Source: Flavobacteriales bacterium (lineage in GTDB: Bacteria; Bacteroidota; Bacteroidia; Flavobacteriales_G; JALEGO01). From it: a stretch of 64,000 nucleotides of DNA. The DNA is taken from positions 72,103 to 136,102 of the forward strand of contig JAHDCS010000001.1 in the NCBI GenBank assembly GCA_020629755.1, read 5' to 3'. Below, piece after piece: positions 50,760 to 59,629 of the stretch; within the stretch, counting starts at the first letter, position 1; each line of letters opens with the position of its first letter. The translations under genes and the position numbers were made by a program. The notes under the pieces are model-generated. The model was not told the origin of the DNA, made no database searches, and was given only the letters and a program-made list of their open reading frames with translations.

Positions 50760-52019
50760 ATGGAAATCTTTAATTCTTTTTCAAACTTTTTTGAACCATT
50801 ACAAGCAACGCTTGGAAATGTTTTCCCGGGTCTATTAGGTGCATTAGCTATTTTTGTTATAGGATGGATAGTTGCACGTGTCATACGTAGAGTATCTTAT
50901 AAGATGCTAAATAGAATTGGTTTAGACCAACGTATTAACAAAACATCTAATTCAAGTTTTAAAGCTGAAAGAACGATCAGCAATATCGCTTATTACTTTG
51001 TTTTGGCTTATGTGTGTATTATTACACTTGACAAATTAGGTGTGAGTAATGTATTTGCGCCTTTAGAGGCAATGCTTACTTCTTTCTTTGCATTTGTACC
51101 TAAAATGATTGCCGCTGGCATCATTGGATTTGCAGGTTACATCATAGCAACGCTTGCTTCTGAAGCTACTGGCTTTGTCGCTGGATGGATTGAAAAATGG
51201 GCAGAAAAATTAAACATTGACGAAAATATTGATCTTGTAAAGATTGTTAAGAATGTTGTATTCATTTTCGTTTTTGCTCCAATTCTAATTTTAGCCATTG
51301 ATGCTCTTTCTTTAAAAGCTATTTCTGAGCCTGCTACAGCAATGTTAGCAACCTTTATTGCTGCCGTTCCTAAAATTATTGCTGCTGCGGTAATTCTTGG
51401 CGCATTCTTTATCTTAGGCAGATTTGTCACTAACGCCTTAGCAGAATTATTAAAAGGTTTTAATGTTGATTCTTGGGCAAAAAACATGGGCGTTTCTAAT
51501 TACGTTGGTGGATCAAGAAAAAACTCAATTGTAAACACAATAAAAAATGTAGCTTTTTTCTTTATTATGTTCACTGGTGTTATTTCTGCTTCAGAGAAAT
51601 TAGAAATGGTTCAGCTAACAACTACTTTAAATAGCATATACGCTTTATCAGGTCAAATTTTATTTGGCATGATGATTATGATAGCAGGGGCTTACATTGC
51701 TAATTTTGTAACTGTTAACTTCCTTAAAAATGTAAATGGTACACTTGCTGTAATTGCAAGAACGGCTATCATAGGTGTTTTCTTAGCAATTTCATTAAGT
51801 GCTATGGGTATTGCAGACAGTATTGTAAACTTAGCATTCGGACTTACATTTGGTGCTGTTGCAGTTGCGTTTGCTTTAGCATTTGGCCTTGGCGGAAGAG
51901 ATGCTGCTGGCAAACAAATGGCTACATTGCTTAACAACTTAAACACATCAACAAACAAAAAAGTTAGTTTAAACGGATCAAAGAAATCTAAGAAGAAAGT
52001 TTTAGCTCAAGAGAACTAA
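50760..52019 (+). CDS. Polytopic membrane protein with repeated 'conserved TM helix' units (mechanosensitive-channel-associated type)
   Basis: Several internally repeated helices of the pattern 'P.iiaA.iil..g.i.a......v...l'. K-rich C-terminal tail. Confidence 0.5.
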   Translation: MEIFNSFSNFFEPLQATLGNVFPGLLGALAIFVIGWIVARVIRRVSYKMLNRIGLDQRINKTSNSSFKAERTISNIAYYFVLAYVCIITLDKLGVSNVFAPLEAMLTSFFAFVPKMIAAGIIGFAGYIIATLASEATGFVAGWIEKWAEKLNIDENIDLVKIVKNVVFIFVFAPILILAIDALSLKAISEPATAMLATFIAAVPKIIAAAVILGAFFILGRFVTNALAELLKGFNVDSWAKNMGVSNYVGGSRKNSIVNTIKNVAFFFIMFTGVISASEKLEMVQLTTTLNSIYALSGQILFGMMIMIAGAYIANFVTVNFLKNVNGTLAVIARTAIIGVFLAISLSAMGIADSIVNLAFGLTFGAVAVAFALAFGLGGRDAAGKQMATLLNNLNTSTNKKVSLNGSKKSKKKVLAQEN

Positions 52020-52047
52020 AACGTTTCATTCATGTGTTTTGTGATTA

Positions 52048-52073
52048 AGCCCCGGCGTGCCGGGGCTTTTTTA
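52048..52073 (+). terminator. Bidirectional rho-independent terminator shared by convergent genes
   Basis: Stem agccccgg/ccggggct (8 bp), 4-nt loop, followed by a T-run. Overlaps the stop codon of the minus-strand OmpA-family gene. Confidence 0.75.
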
Positions 52074-53993
52074 TTTCAAGACCTCAATCTCAACCCTTCT
52101 ATTTTTTGCCTTTCCTTCTTGAGTAGAATTATTGGCAATCGGATTTTTCATCCCCATACCAACATACGTTAATCGATCAGGAGAAACATTCTGTTTCTTT
52201 AAAAACATCACCACTTCTTTAGCACGTTTTTCAGATAAAATCTGATTCTGTACCACGTTGCCCGCATTATCTGTATACCCAACTATTTTTATTTTTAGTT
52301 TCATATTTTCTTTTAAAGTATTCACTAACTGATTTAACTGATCAAAAGAAGTTTCTAAAATAGCATGTGAATTTGTTCTAAAATATAAGTTGTCAAGTAC
52401 TAGCGATTTTCCTGGAAGCAAAGTCTCAATAGGCAAAGGAAGCTTTTCATCTTTTAGATCTAAAAATTTTAAACTTACTTCTTGCTTAGGTAATTTTTGA
52501 AACCTAAACCTGCCGTTTTCATCTACCAAACCTGAATGTGAATACATCAACACTTGTTTTTCATCATTTAAATACGCCATCTCCACATAATGTTGGCTCT
52601 GTGCATTCTCTATTTGAACCGAATACCCTTTACTTGGGTTTAAATCTTCAAATGTAAACACCCCTTTTTCACTTGTTTTTTCTTCTTTTAACATCTCATT
52701 TTTATAATCAAATAATTGCACCAATACCCCTTGAGATGCTATTGAGGGCTCTTGCCTATCAACGACTTTTCCGTGAATTACTGTCTTATTTTTTTCTACG
52801 TTAACAGACTCAAAGCTACTTTCTCTAAAAAGCTTAAACGGATTAGGCTCCTCTTTTTTAATGCTTAGCTCTGCTTGGTTGGTTTGAGAAAAACTACTTG
52901 CCACAATTCTGTTTTCTTGGTCAACCAGAAAAACCTCTAGCTCAACAGGTAATGGTGTTTGTATTTTTATCAGATACTCTTTTTGCTTTGGTAGTTTTTC
53001 AAACTCAAAATCACCGGCAAGACTTGCTTTTGTAGAGGCTATCTTTTTTTGTGTGTCTTTGTCATATAAATCTACCTCTAGTGCGGTACTGTTTTGGGGG
53101 GATGTAATCTTTCCAATAATTTTTGAATCCCCTTTTATGGCAATAGATTGTGTTTGGTCTACACATATTAAAAATGGGCCTTTTCCTTTTTGGGGATCTC
53201 TATGATCTACACTGATATAATAGGTCTGACCAGGAATGAGCCCATAATACAACAACTCCGCTCTTTTTTTACTTGTAAACTTACCAAATGCTTGTTCCTG
53301 AACATCTTTATCAAATAGGCCAATTATCGGGTACTCTAGATACGCCTTTTCTCCACCAGGTTTAACCTCAATTTTAACACCTGTGTTTTTTGCCTTAAAG
53401 GTATACCACACATTTTGGTGTGCGCCATTTTTTAAATACGATACGCCCGGATAGCTTCCCATAAAAGAATGTACAGCAAGTAGTTTTTCACTGCAGTATT
53501 TTTCTTGGGTAATTTCTTTCGCAAATTTATACGATCCCTGATCTATTTGAGTGTTAATACAAAATCCGAAAGTAGCATTTTTGTTAGGATAATTACTCAA
53601 AACAGCGATATAATAATTTTTCTTTTTTTCAAGTTTATTGTAGGCAATACCAATGGTTCGTTCGTGGCCCTTTTGTATTGTACAAATGATTGGTTTTTTT
53701 TGATCATCCATCAGATATATTGCTGGATCTTTAATGGCGTTTTTCCCTTCAGAAACCCGAACAGAAAAATCAACAAAGCTCGTTTTTGCTTTAAACGTAA
53801 AAAAGCGAACATACTTAAACGTTCCTGAAAAACACTCCGTCTTTTCTATATCAATCTCCAGAGGCTCCAATGAGAATTCTTTGTGTGCGTCAGAACAGTA
53901 ATTAATCAGTTCTGGTGGTTGTGTTTCTGTGTGGGATTGCAACAACACCAACATGGCTATTCCCCCTAAAAGTATACCCCTTTTTATTCTCAT
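52071..53993 (-). CDS. OmpA-family (peptidoglycan-binding) protein with a long N-terminal beta-rich region
   Basis: C-terminal OmpA_C domain: 'LYFRTNSHAI', 'GYTDNAGNVVQNQILSEKRAKEV' and 'NRRVEIEV'. Confidence 0.8.
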   Translation of the reverse strand: MRIKRGILLGGIAMLVLLQSHTETQPPELINYCSDAHKEFSLEPLEIDIEKTECFSGTFKYVRFFTFKAKTSFVDFSVRVSEGKNAIKDPAIYLMDDQKKPIICTIQKGHERTIGIAYNKLEKKKNYYIAVLSNYPNKNATFGFCINTQIDQGSYKFAKEITQEKYCSEKLLAVHSFMGSYPGVSYLKNGAHQNVWYTFKAKNTGVKIEVKPGGEKAYLEYPIIGLFDKDVQEQAFGKFTSKKRAELLYYGLIPGQTYYISVDHRDPQKGKGPFLICVDQTQSIAIKGDSKIIGKITSPQNSTALEVDLYDKDTQKKIASTKASLAGDFEFEKLPKQKEYLIKIQTPLPVELEVFLVDQENRIVASSFSQTNQAELSIKKEEPNPFKLFRESSFESVNVEKNKTVIHGKVVDRQEPSIASQGVLVQLFDYKNEMLKEEKTSEKGVFTFEDLNPSKGYSVQIENAQSQHYVEMAYLNDEKQVLMYSHSGLVDENGRFRFQKLPKQEVSLKFLDLKDEKLPLPIETLLPGKSLVLDNLYFRTNSHAILETSFDQLNQLVNTLKENMKLKIKIVGYTDNAGNVVQNQILSEKRAKEVVMFLKKQNVSPDRLTYVGMGMKNPIANNSTQEGKAKNRRVEIEVLK

Positions 53994-54072
53994 ACGTATT
54001 TTATTTCTCTTCTAACAGCTTCAGATCTTAAAGCTACTTGATTAGAAAGGTAATAAACTGTGATTGATTTTA

Positions 54073-54238
54073 AGAAACTGTTTAGGTTTTATTCTGAAAA
54101 AATCCTTATGAATCCTTTTTTGTTATTCATCAAATTTTTTCATTCAAGTAGCGTTGCTATTATCATTCTAAAATTTATCGACTAACAGAAAAAGGCTTAA
54201 CTATAATTATTTTTACGACTAAAACCTAAACAGTTTCT
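54073..54238. repeat. Perfect 19-bp inverted repeat pair (agaaactgtttaggtttta / taaaacctaaacagtttct) flanking a 128-bp AT-rich spacer
   Basis: Arms at 54073..54091 and 54220..54238 are exact reverse complements. Located in the divergent OmpA-family/AraC intergenic region. Confidence 0.9.
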
Positions 54239-54289
54239 AAGTATAAAGACGTTTATTTTTCAAAAACTAAAAAAACAACTATTATTGTT

Positions 54290-55129
54290 GTGGTGTCATC
54301 TCAACAAGCCTTAGAAACTTTTAAAATATCAAGAAACCTAAGTGGTTTTTACACGCACAAAGAATACATCTCTATTCTTCTTATTATAGATCCTGGCCTT
54401 GCATTAAAAATTAACAATAAAGAAACCGGACCGCTTAATAGGTGTGTGATTATTACTGGCTCAATAAGAGATATTGAATTTTTAAACCGCAAGCCTGAAA
54501 AAAGCTATATGGTTCAAATTAATTCAGTAAACTGTAAGCTTGATCTAAGTTCGTTATATCTAAACAATATAATTATCGACTACTTTGATAATTTCTACGT
54601 CTTAGATTTATTTAAAGATGACTTGTTATATCAAGTAGAAGGCACACTCTCAGAAATTGAAAATGAATATAGAATAAGTAACATTCTTCATTTTAAAATG
54701 ATGAAGTTATTAACCGAAAGATTTTTTATAAAGTTTTTGCGTTTTTACACCAAACAAGAAAAAAAATCTTTTGAACACTACAACCACCATCTTATATCCT
54801 CTTTTATAAAAAAAGTCAATATTCATTACAAAGAGAAAAAAAGATTAAAAGACTACGCCGAACTCTTATACGTCTCTCCAAAAACGCTTTCTAATATTTT
54901 TCTCAAAGCAGGATTTACCTCTCCGTCTAAAATCATAAAAGACAAAATTATTAAAGAAGCAAAAGGCATGGTTCATGAATTCCCTAATGTTTCTGGCAAA
55001 GAAGTTGCGTTTGAATTAGGCTATCAAAACCCTAACAATTTTTTTGTTTTATTTAGAAACAAAGAAGGCTTAAGTTTTTCTAATTATGCAAAGAATATTA
55101 AGAAAAAGCACCAACAATGGCCTGACTAA
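54290..55129 (+). CDS. AraC family transcriptional regulator
   Basis: C-terminal double HTH: 'LKDYAELLYVSPKTLSNIFLKAG' and 'EVAFELGYQNPNNFFVLFRNKEG'. The GTG start is uncertain. Confidence 0.75.
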   Translation: MVSSQQALETFKISRNLSGFYTHKEYISILLIIDPGLALKINNKETGPLNRCVIITGSIRDIEFLNRKPEKSYMVQINSVNCKLDLSSLYLNNIIIDYFDNFYVLDLFKDDLLYQVEGTLSEIENEYRISNILHFKMMKLLTERFFIKFLRFYTKQEKKSFEHYNHHLISSFIKKVNIHYKEKKRLKDYAELLYVSPKTLSNIFLKAGFTSPSKIIKDKIIKEAKGMVHEFPNVSGKEVAFELGYQNPNNFFVLFRNKEGLSFSNYAKNIKKKHQQWPD

Positions 55130-56687
55130 GACTCTGAATTGTGGGACAATAAGACCGATGAATATTTTGCGGGATTACATTTAACAACTCTTCTGCTTGT
55201 TTTCTGGTTTTTTCGCCTATACAAAATACCTGTGCTTGAGTGCTAATTGTATTCTTTGCTTGAACAAACGACCTAACACCACTTGGACTTAAAAATGCTA
55301 TTGCTTGGTGATGATCTACATGAATGTGTTGTTCAATAGGCTCAATTTTATATGCCTTTATTTCATCATAATTGGGCCTTTGCACTCTTTTTTGCACTGT
55401 CCTATTTGATGTTTCGCAACTAATAAACAAGACTTTTTGATTTGGTTTGATGTGTTGTGAAAATTCAATGGCACTTTGTTCCGTAGATGTTTGAGTGCCA
55501 AAAAAATCAACTGCATAGCCATGTGCCTTAACGGCAGCAGCAGTATCTCTGCCAATTGCTCCTATTTTAAGAGGTGTTAACGCTGCGCGATCCTTGATTT
55601 TTGAAAAAAAAGAATCTACCCCGTTTTTACTAGAAAAAAACACCCAAGTATAGAGGCTTAGATCTACTGTAAAATCTAAAAATTGAGCTTTTAACAAAGG
55701 CTTAACATTAACTTCAATGCCCGCATTTTTAAGCAATTGATAGGCTGGATTACTCTCTTTTATTGGTTTAGTGAAATACAACACTCTGTTTTGTTGAGAA
55801 GAAGAAGGGGCGGCATACACTGTTTTAGCATGCTTTAGTAGAGTGTCTAGTTTAAAATGCTCAAAATATGTTTGCAATAGCTTTTCGTTAACCTGTTTTG
55901 AGATCCAAGTTTTATAGTGTTGCTCTTTTTTTTCAACATAAATCCCTAAGGGTATTTGACAGCCTCCTCCTAAAAGCTGAAGAATCTTTCTTTCTACACC
56001 TACCACTTCATTCGTGAGATCGTGATTTAAAGCGTCAACAGCTCTTTTTACTTCATGGTCATGTTCTCTGATTTGGATAGCCAAAGCGCCTTGCGAAGCC
56101 GCAGGCACAAATATAGTCGGGTCTAACACTTGCACCTCAAAGCCAGATAAATCAATCCCTAAACGATCCACTCCTGCTTTTGCTAAAATAATGGCATCAA
56201 AATCTTCTTCACATTTTTTAATTCTTGTAGGCACATTTCCTCTTAAGGGCTCTACCTTAAGATCAGGTCTAAAAAAGAGCAATTGGCTTTTTCTTCTGAC
56301 CGAAGAGGTGCCCACTCGCGCACTTTTTTTTAAAGAAAAAGACTGTAAGTGATCTACACTATTTTTGTTAATGAGCAAAAGTTCTGAAGGATCCGCTCTT
56401 TTAGGTACCGCTGCAATTGTTAATCCCTCTGGTTGAGTAGTCTCTAAATCTTTATGAGAATGAATCGCTAAATCAATTTGCTTGTCTAAAAGCGCCTGCT
56501 CAATTTCTTTAGTAAAAAATCCTTTGCCTTCAATTTTATCAAAGCTTATATGTTGTATGACATCGCCTTTGGTCTTAATTACCTTGATCTCTGAATCAAT
56601 GCCTTGCTTTTGGAGTTCTGATTTTACATGATTTGCTTGCCAAAGAGCCAATTTACTACCCCTTGAACCAATGATTAAAGGTTTCAA
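55098..56687 (-). CDS. hemC: Fused hydroxymethylbilane synthase / uroporphyrinogen-III synthase (HemC-HemD)
   Basis: N-terminal half has 'IGSRGSKLALWQA', 'RGNVPTR' and the cofactor Cys in 'GGCQIPLG'. The C-terminal ~220 aa has HemD-like alternating flavodoxin-like halves. Confidence 0.8.
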   Translation of the reverse strand: MKPLIIGSRGSKLALWQANHVKSELQKQGIDSEIKVIKTKGDVIQHISFDKIEGKGFFTKEIEQALLDKQIDLAIHSHKDLETTQPEGLTIAAVPKRADPSELLLINKNSVDHLQSFSLKKSARVGTSSVRRKSQLLFFRPDLKVEPLRGNVPTRIKKCEEDFDAIILAKAGVDRLGIDLSGFEVQVLDPTIFVPAASQGALAIQIREHDHEVKRAVDALNHDLTNEVVGVERKILQLLGGGCQIPLGIYVEKKEQHYKTWISKQVNEKLLQTYFEHFKLDTLLKHAKTVYAAPSSSQQNRVLYFTKPIKESNPAYQLLKNAGIEVNVKPLLKAQFLDFTVDLSLYTWVFFSSKNGVDSFFSKIKDRAALTPLKIGAIGRDTAAAVKAHGYAVDFFGTQTSTEQSAIEFSQHIKPNQKVLFISCETSNRTVQKRVQRPNYDEIKAYKIEPIEQHIHVDHHQAIAFLSPSGVRSFVQAKNTISTQAQVFCIGEKTRKQAEELLNVIPQNIHRSYCPTIQSLSQAIVGAFS

Positions 56688-57901
56688 ATTTCTGAGTCAA
56701 TTAAGATTTCTTTGGCCATCTTCATGGGTTCACTAATGTATTTTTTTTCCATGTAGTTTAACACTCGGTCAAGCACCTGTTTTGAAGAATCATCTAAGCC
56801 TTCTAAATCTTTAGCAAATACCGTATTTATGGCATGGGCCTTCAAGGCTTTAACTTTAATTGGTATTTGCTTCATTGCTAATTCAACTTCTCGTTCTTGA
56901 AACAACACCTTTAATTCTTTTAATGCCGATGTAATGATCACTTCACAATCTTGGATAGACTGCTGTCTTTTCTTAATGTTTTCTTGAGAGGTTTTCTCAA
57001 TAGCCATTACATCTATTAAAGAATAATTTGAAAGACTTTTTATTTGTCTGTCTATATCAAATGGAACCGCTAAGTCAATGGCTATTGCCTTGTGTGCCGT
57101 TCTTTTTTTAAGCCATCCAAAATCAACTACAACACGCTTAGATGCGGTACAACAAACTAAAACATCAAAATCTTCAGAATGTGTTTCTAATTTAGTTAAT
57201 GGAAATGCCTTTTTAGAAGAAAAAACAGAAGCTAATTTAATTGCATTTTCTTTTGTTCTGTTATAGACACTTACATTTTTAACTCCTTTTTTAGCTGCTA
57301 AACGACAAAATGCATACATGGTTTGGCCCGCACCAACAACAAGCATTTTAGTGTCACTATCTAGAGACTTTTGCTGTAATAGTTTTTTAAACGCAACACT
57401 GCTTACTGAAACCGCATGCTTTGAAATTTCTGTTTTTACGTAGGCCTTTTTGGCTATTTCAATGACTTTTCTTGTGCTAATTTTTAAATAATCATTGACC
57501 ATTTTAAAACTTAATGCTTCAGCATAAGCCTGTTTGATTTGACCTAGAATCTCTCTCTCACCTACAACCATAGATTCTAAAGAACATGCAACGCGCAAAA
57601 AATGCTGCAATGCTTTCTGACCACTAAATGCTTTTGCGCATTTTTTAGCCGTTTTGATTTTCTCTGTTTCAGCTTTAAAAAAGCCTAGAGAAAAAAGATC
57701 TTCAAGGTTAATTTTTTTAGCACCTACTACTACAAACTCAATACGGTTACAGGTGGCCAAATACATAAATTCTTCTAACTGAAATTTTTCTTTTACAATT
57801 TGGTAAAACTCACCACGCAACTCTAAGGGCACAAAAAAAGCTCCCAAAACATCTATAGGTGCATCTTTGTGTGAAAGCGATATGATTTGAAATTTCTGCA
57901 A
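56684..57901 (-). CDS. hemA: Glutamyl-tRNA reductase
   Basis: Catalytic motif 'LATCNRIEF' and NADPH site 'LVVGAGQTM'. TTG start. 4-nt overlap with hemC/D. Confidence 0.9.
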   Translation of the reverse strand: MQKFQIISLSHKDAPIDVLGAFFVPLELRGEFYQIVKEKFQLEEFMYLATCNRIEFVVVGAKKINLEDLFSLGFFKAETEKIKTAKKCAKAFSGQKALQHFLRVACSLESMVVGEREILGQIKQAYAEALSFKMVNDYLKISTRKVIEIAKKAYVKTEISKHAVSVSSVAFKKLLQQKSLDSDTKMLVVGAGQTMYAFCRLAAKKGVKNVSVYNRTKENAIKLASVFSSKKAFPLTKLETHSEDFDVLVCCTASKRVVVDFGWLKKRTAHKAIAIDLAVPFDIDRQIKSLSNYSLIDVMAIEKTSQENIKKRQQSIQDCEVIITSALKELKVLFQEREVELAMKQIPIKVKALKAHAINTVFAKDLEGLDDSSKQVLDRVLNYMEKKYISEPMKMAKEILIDSEI

Positions 57902-57976
57902 GTCGTTTACTTTGCTTGCAGCAAAGTAATAGCATTAAAAATTAAGTATTGTCACAGAAGTGTCACAACCACTTTT

Positions 57977-58801
57977 TCAAGCTATAAAGTTTAGTACTTT
58001 TTTAAGTACACTAATGTGTTTTAATTTATGTCCATATCCATCCGTAAAATAATACTGAGGAGAAGACCACTGAACCTGCAATTCTTCAACATATTTCACC
58101 GATACATCTTTATCTTGTTTATCATGAACAATTAGAGAAGGTGTGTTTACTTGAGGGGCTAAATTTTGTAAAGAAAAATGCTCTATAGAATACCCAAATT
58201 TTTGAAGAAAAAAGTGTTCTAGTCTTTGAATCGCACTTTCTTTTAAACCCAATGCTTTGACATAAAAATCAACAAAATCTTGCGCTCTTCCTGGTGGGGC
58301 TAGCAAAATAAGCTTTTTTGGCGATAGCATTTTTTGTTCAGCAAATAAATGCAAAGCAGACAAACACCCCATAGAATGCGCTATAACAGCATCAGGTTTG
58401 TGTTTTTGTTTGCAAAATTCTTCAATCGCCTTAGCGTATAGCGGAATATTACAACTTACAGAAGACGAGGCGCCATGCGCCGGTGCCTCTAATGCATGTA
58501 CCGTATATGTATTTAGATCAAAGCTCTCCAGAAATTTTTTCCAACGGTAAGCATTACTCCGCCATCCATGTAAACACAAAATATGAGTGCCGCCAGACCC
58601 TTTTGAATACAACGCAATACTTTGATTGTCGTAGACCAGATCTGCTTTCCTAATTTGTTTTAAGTATGCCTTTTGATTAGGCTTTAATTTATAATTAAAT
58701 GGATAACAAAATATCTTATAGGCAAGCCTTAATCCTAAAGGCGGAAAAACTGTAATTAATCCTTGGATAAAAAACCCTAGGCTTTTGAGTGCATAGTTCA
58801 C
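57977..58801 (-). CDS. Alpha/beta-fold hydrolase
   Basis: 'LCLHGW' oxyanion region, nucleophile elbow 'AHSMGC' and C-terminal 'GHKL'. Confidence 0.7.
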   Translation of the reverse strand: MNYALKSLGFFIQGLITVFPPLGLRLAYKIFCYPFNYKLKPNQKAYLKQIRKADLVYDNQSIALYSKGSGGTHILCLHGWRSNAYRWKKFLESFDLNTYTVHALEAPAHGASSSVSCNIPLYAKAIEEFCKQKHKPDAVIAHSMGCLSALHLFAEQKMLSPKKLILLAPPGRAQDFVDFYVKALGLKESAIQRLEHFFLQKFGYSIEHFSLQNLAPQVNTPSLIVHDKQDKDVSVKYVEELQVQWSSPQYYFTDGYGHKLKHISVLKKVLNFIA

Positions 58802-58816
58802 AAATGAATACTCCTT

Positions 58817-59629
58817 TTAGCTCTGCGCTATTAATTCACGCATTAAAAGCGTCATATTTGGCTCTGCTTTCTCTGCTACTTTTTGAACATCTTGATGTGT
58901 GACTTTTACAATTTTTCCAGGCACACCTAAATCTGTAATAATAGATATGGCAAAACAAGGTATCCCCATATGACGCGCAGCAATAACCTCAGGTACCGTA
59001 CTCATGCCAACTGTGTCAGCCCCAAGAATACGTACCATTTTATACTCTGCTGGCGTTTCAAGTGTTGGGCCAGTTAATCCTAAATAAATCCCTTTTTGAA
59101 TATGAATATTATGTTGGTCTGCAATTTGAGTAGCCAAGTCTATTAAAGATGCATCATACGCATCGCTCATGTCAGGAAAACGCGTTCCTAACTCTTTAAT
59201 ATTAGGCCCAATCAAAGGGTTAGTGCCAAAAAAATTAATGTGATCGGTCTGTATCATTACATCACCTATTTCAAAATCAGGATTAACGCCTCCTGATGCA
59301 TTGGAGACAAACAACTTTTCAATACCTAAGTATTTCATAACTCTGACTGGGAAAACCACCTTTTCCATACCATATCCCTCATAAAAATGAAACCTGCCCT
59401 GCATGGCAACTACTTTTTTGCCTCCTAAAGTGCCAAAAATTAACTTTCCAGAATGGCCTTCTACTGTAGAAACCGGAAAATTCGGGATGGCATCATACGA
59501 CAAAGAATGTTCCGTTTTAATTTCTTTCACCAGCCCCCCAAGACCTGTTCCTAAAATAATCCCAACAGAAGGAGTAAATGCCGTTTTGTCTTTTATATAC
59601 CTGGCTGTTTCTTTAATTTGATCTAACAT
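58817..59629 (-). CDS. Purine nucleoside phosphorylase (PNP-I, inosine/guanosine type)
   Basis: 'GHSGKLIFG', 'MQGRFHFYEGY' and 'VGMSTVPEVIAARHMG' motifs. Confidence 0.9.
   Translation of the reverse strand: MLDQIKETARYIKDKTAFTPSVGIILGTGLGGLVKEIKTEHSLSYDAIPNFPVSTVEGHSGKLIFGTLGGKKVVAMQGRFHFYEGYGMEKVVFPVRVMKYLGIEKLFVSNASGGVNPDFEIGDVMIQTDHINFFGTNPLIGPNIKELGTRFPDMSDAYDASLIDLATQIADQHNIHIQKGIYLGLTGPTLETPAEYKMVRILGADTVGMSTVPEVIAARHMGIPCFAISIITDLGVPGKIVKVTHQDVQKVAEKAEPNMTLLMRELIAQS

Noticed and set aside
54092-54219. Declaring the IR-flanked spacer a definite invertible promoter
   Set aside because: There is no TAnnTTTG box on either strand of the spacer and no adjacent invertase. It is retained only as one hypothesis in the findings.
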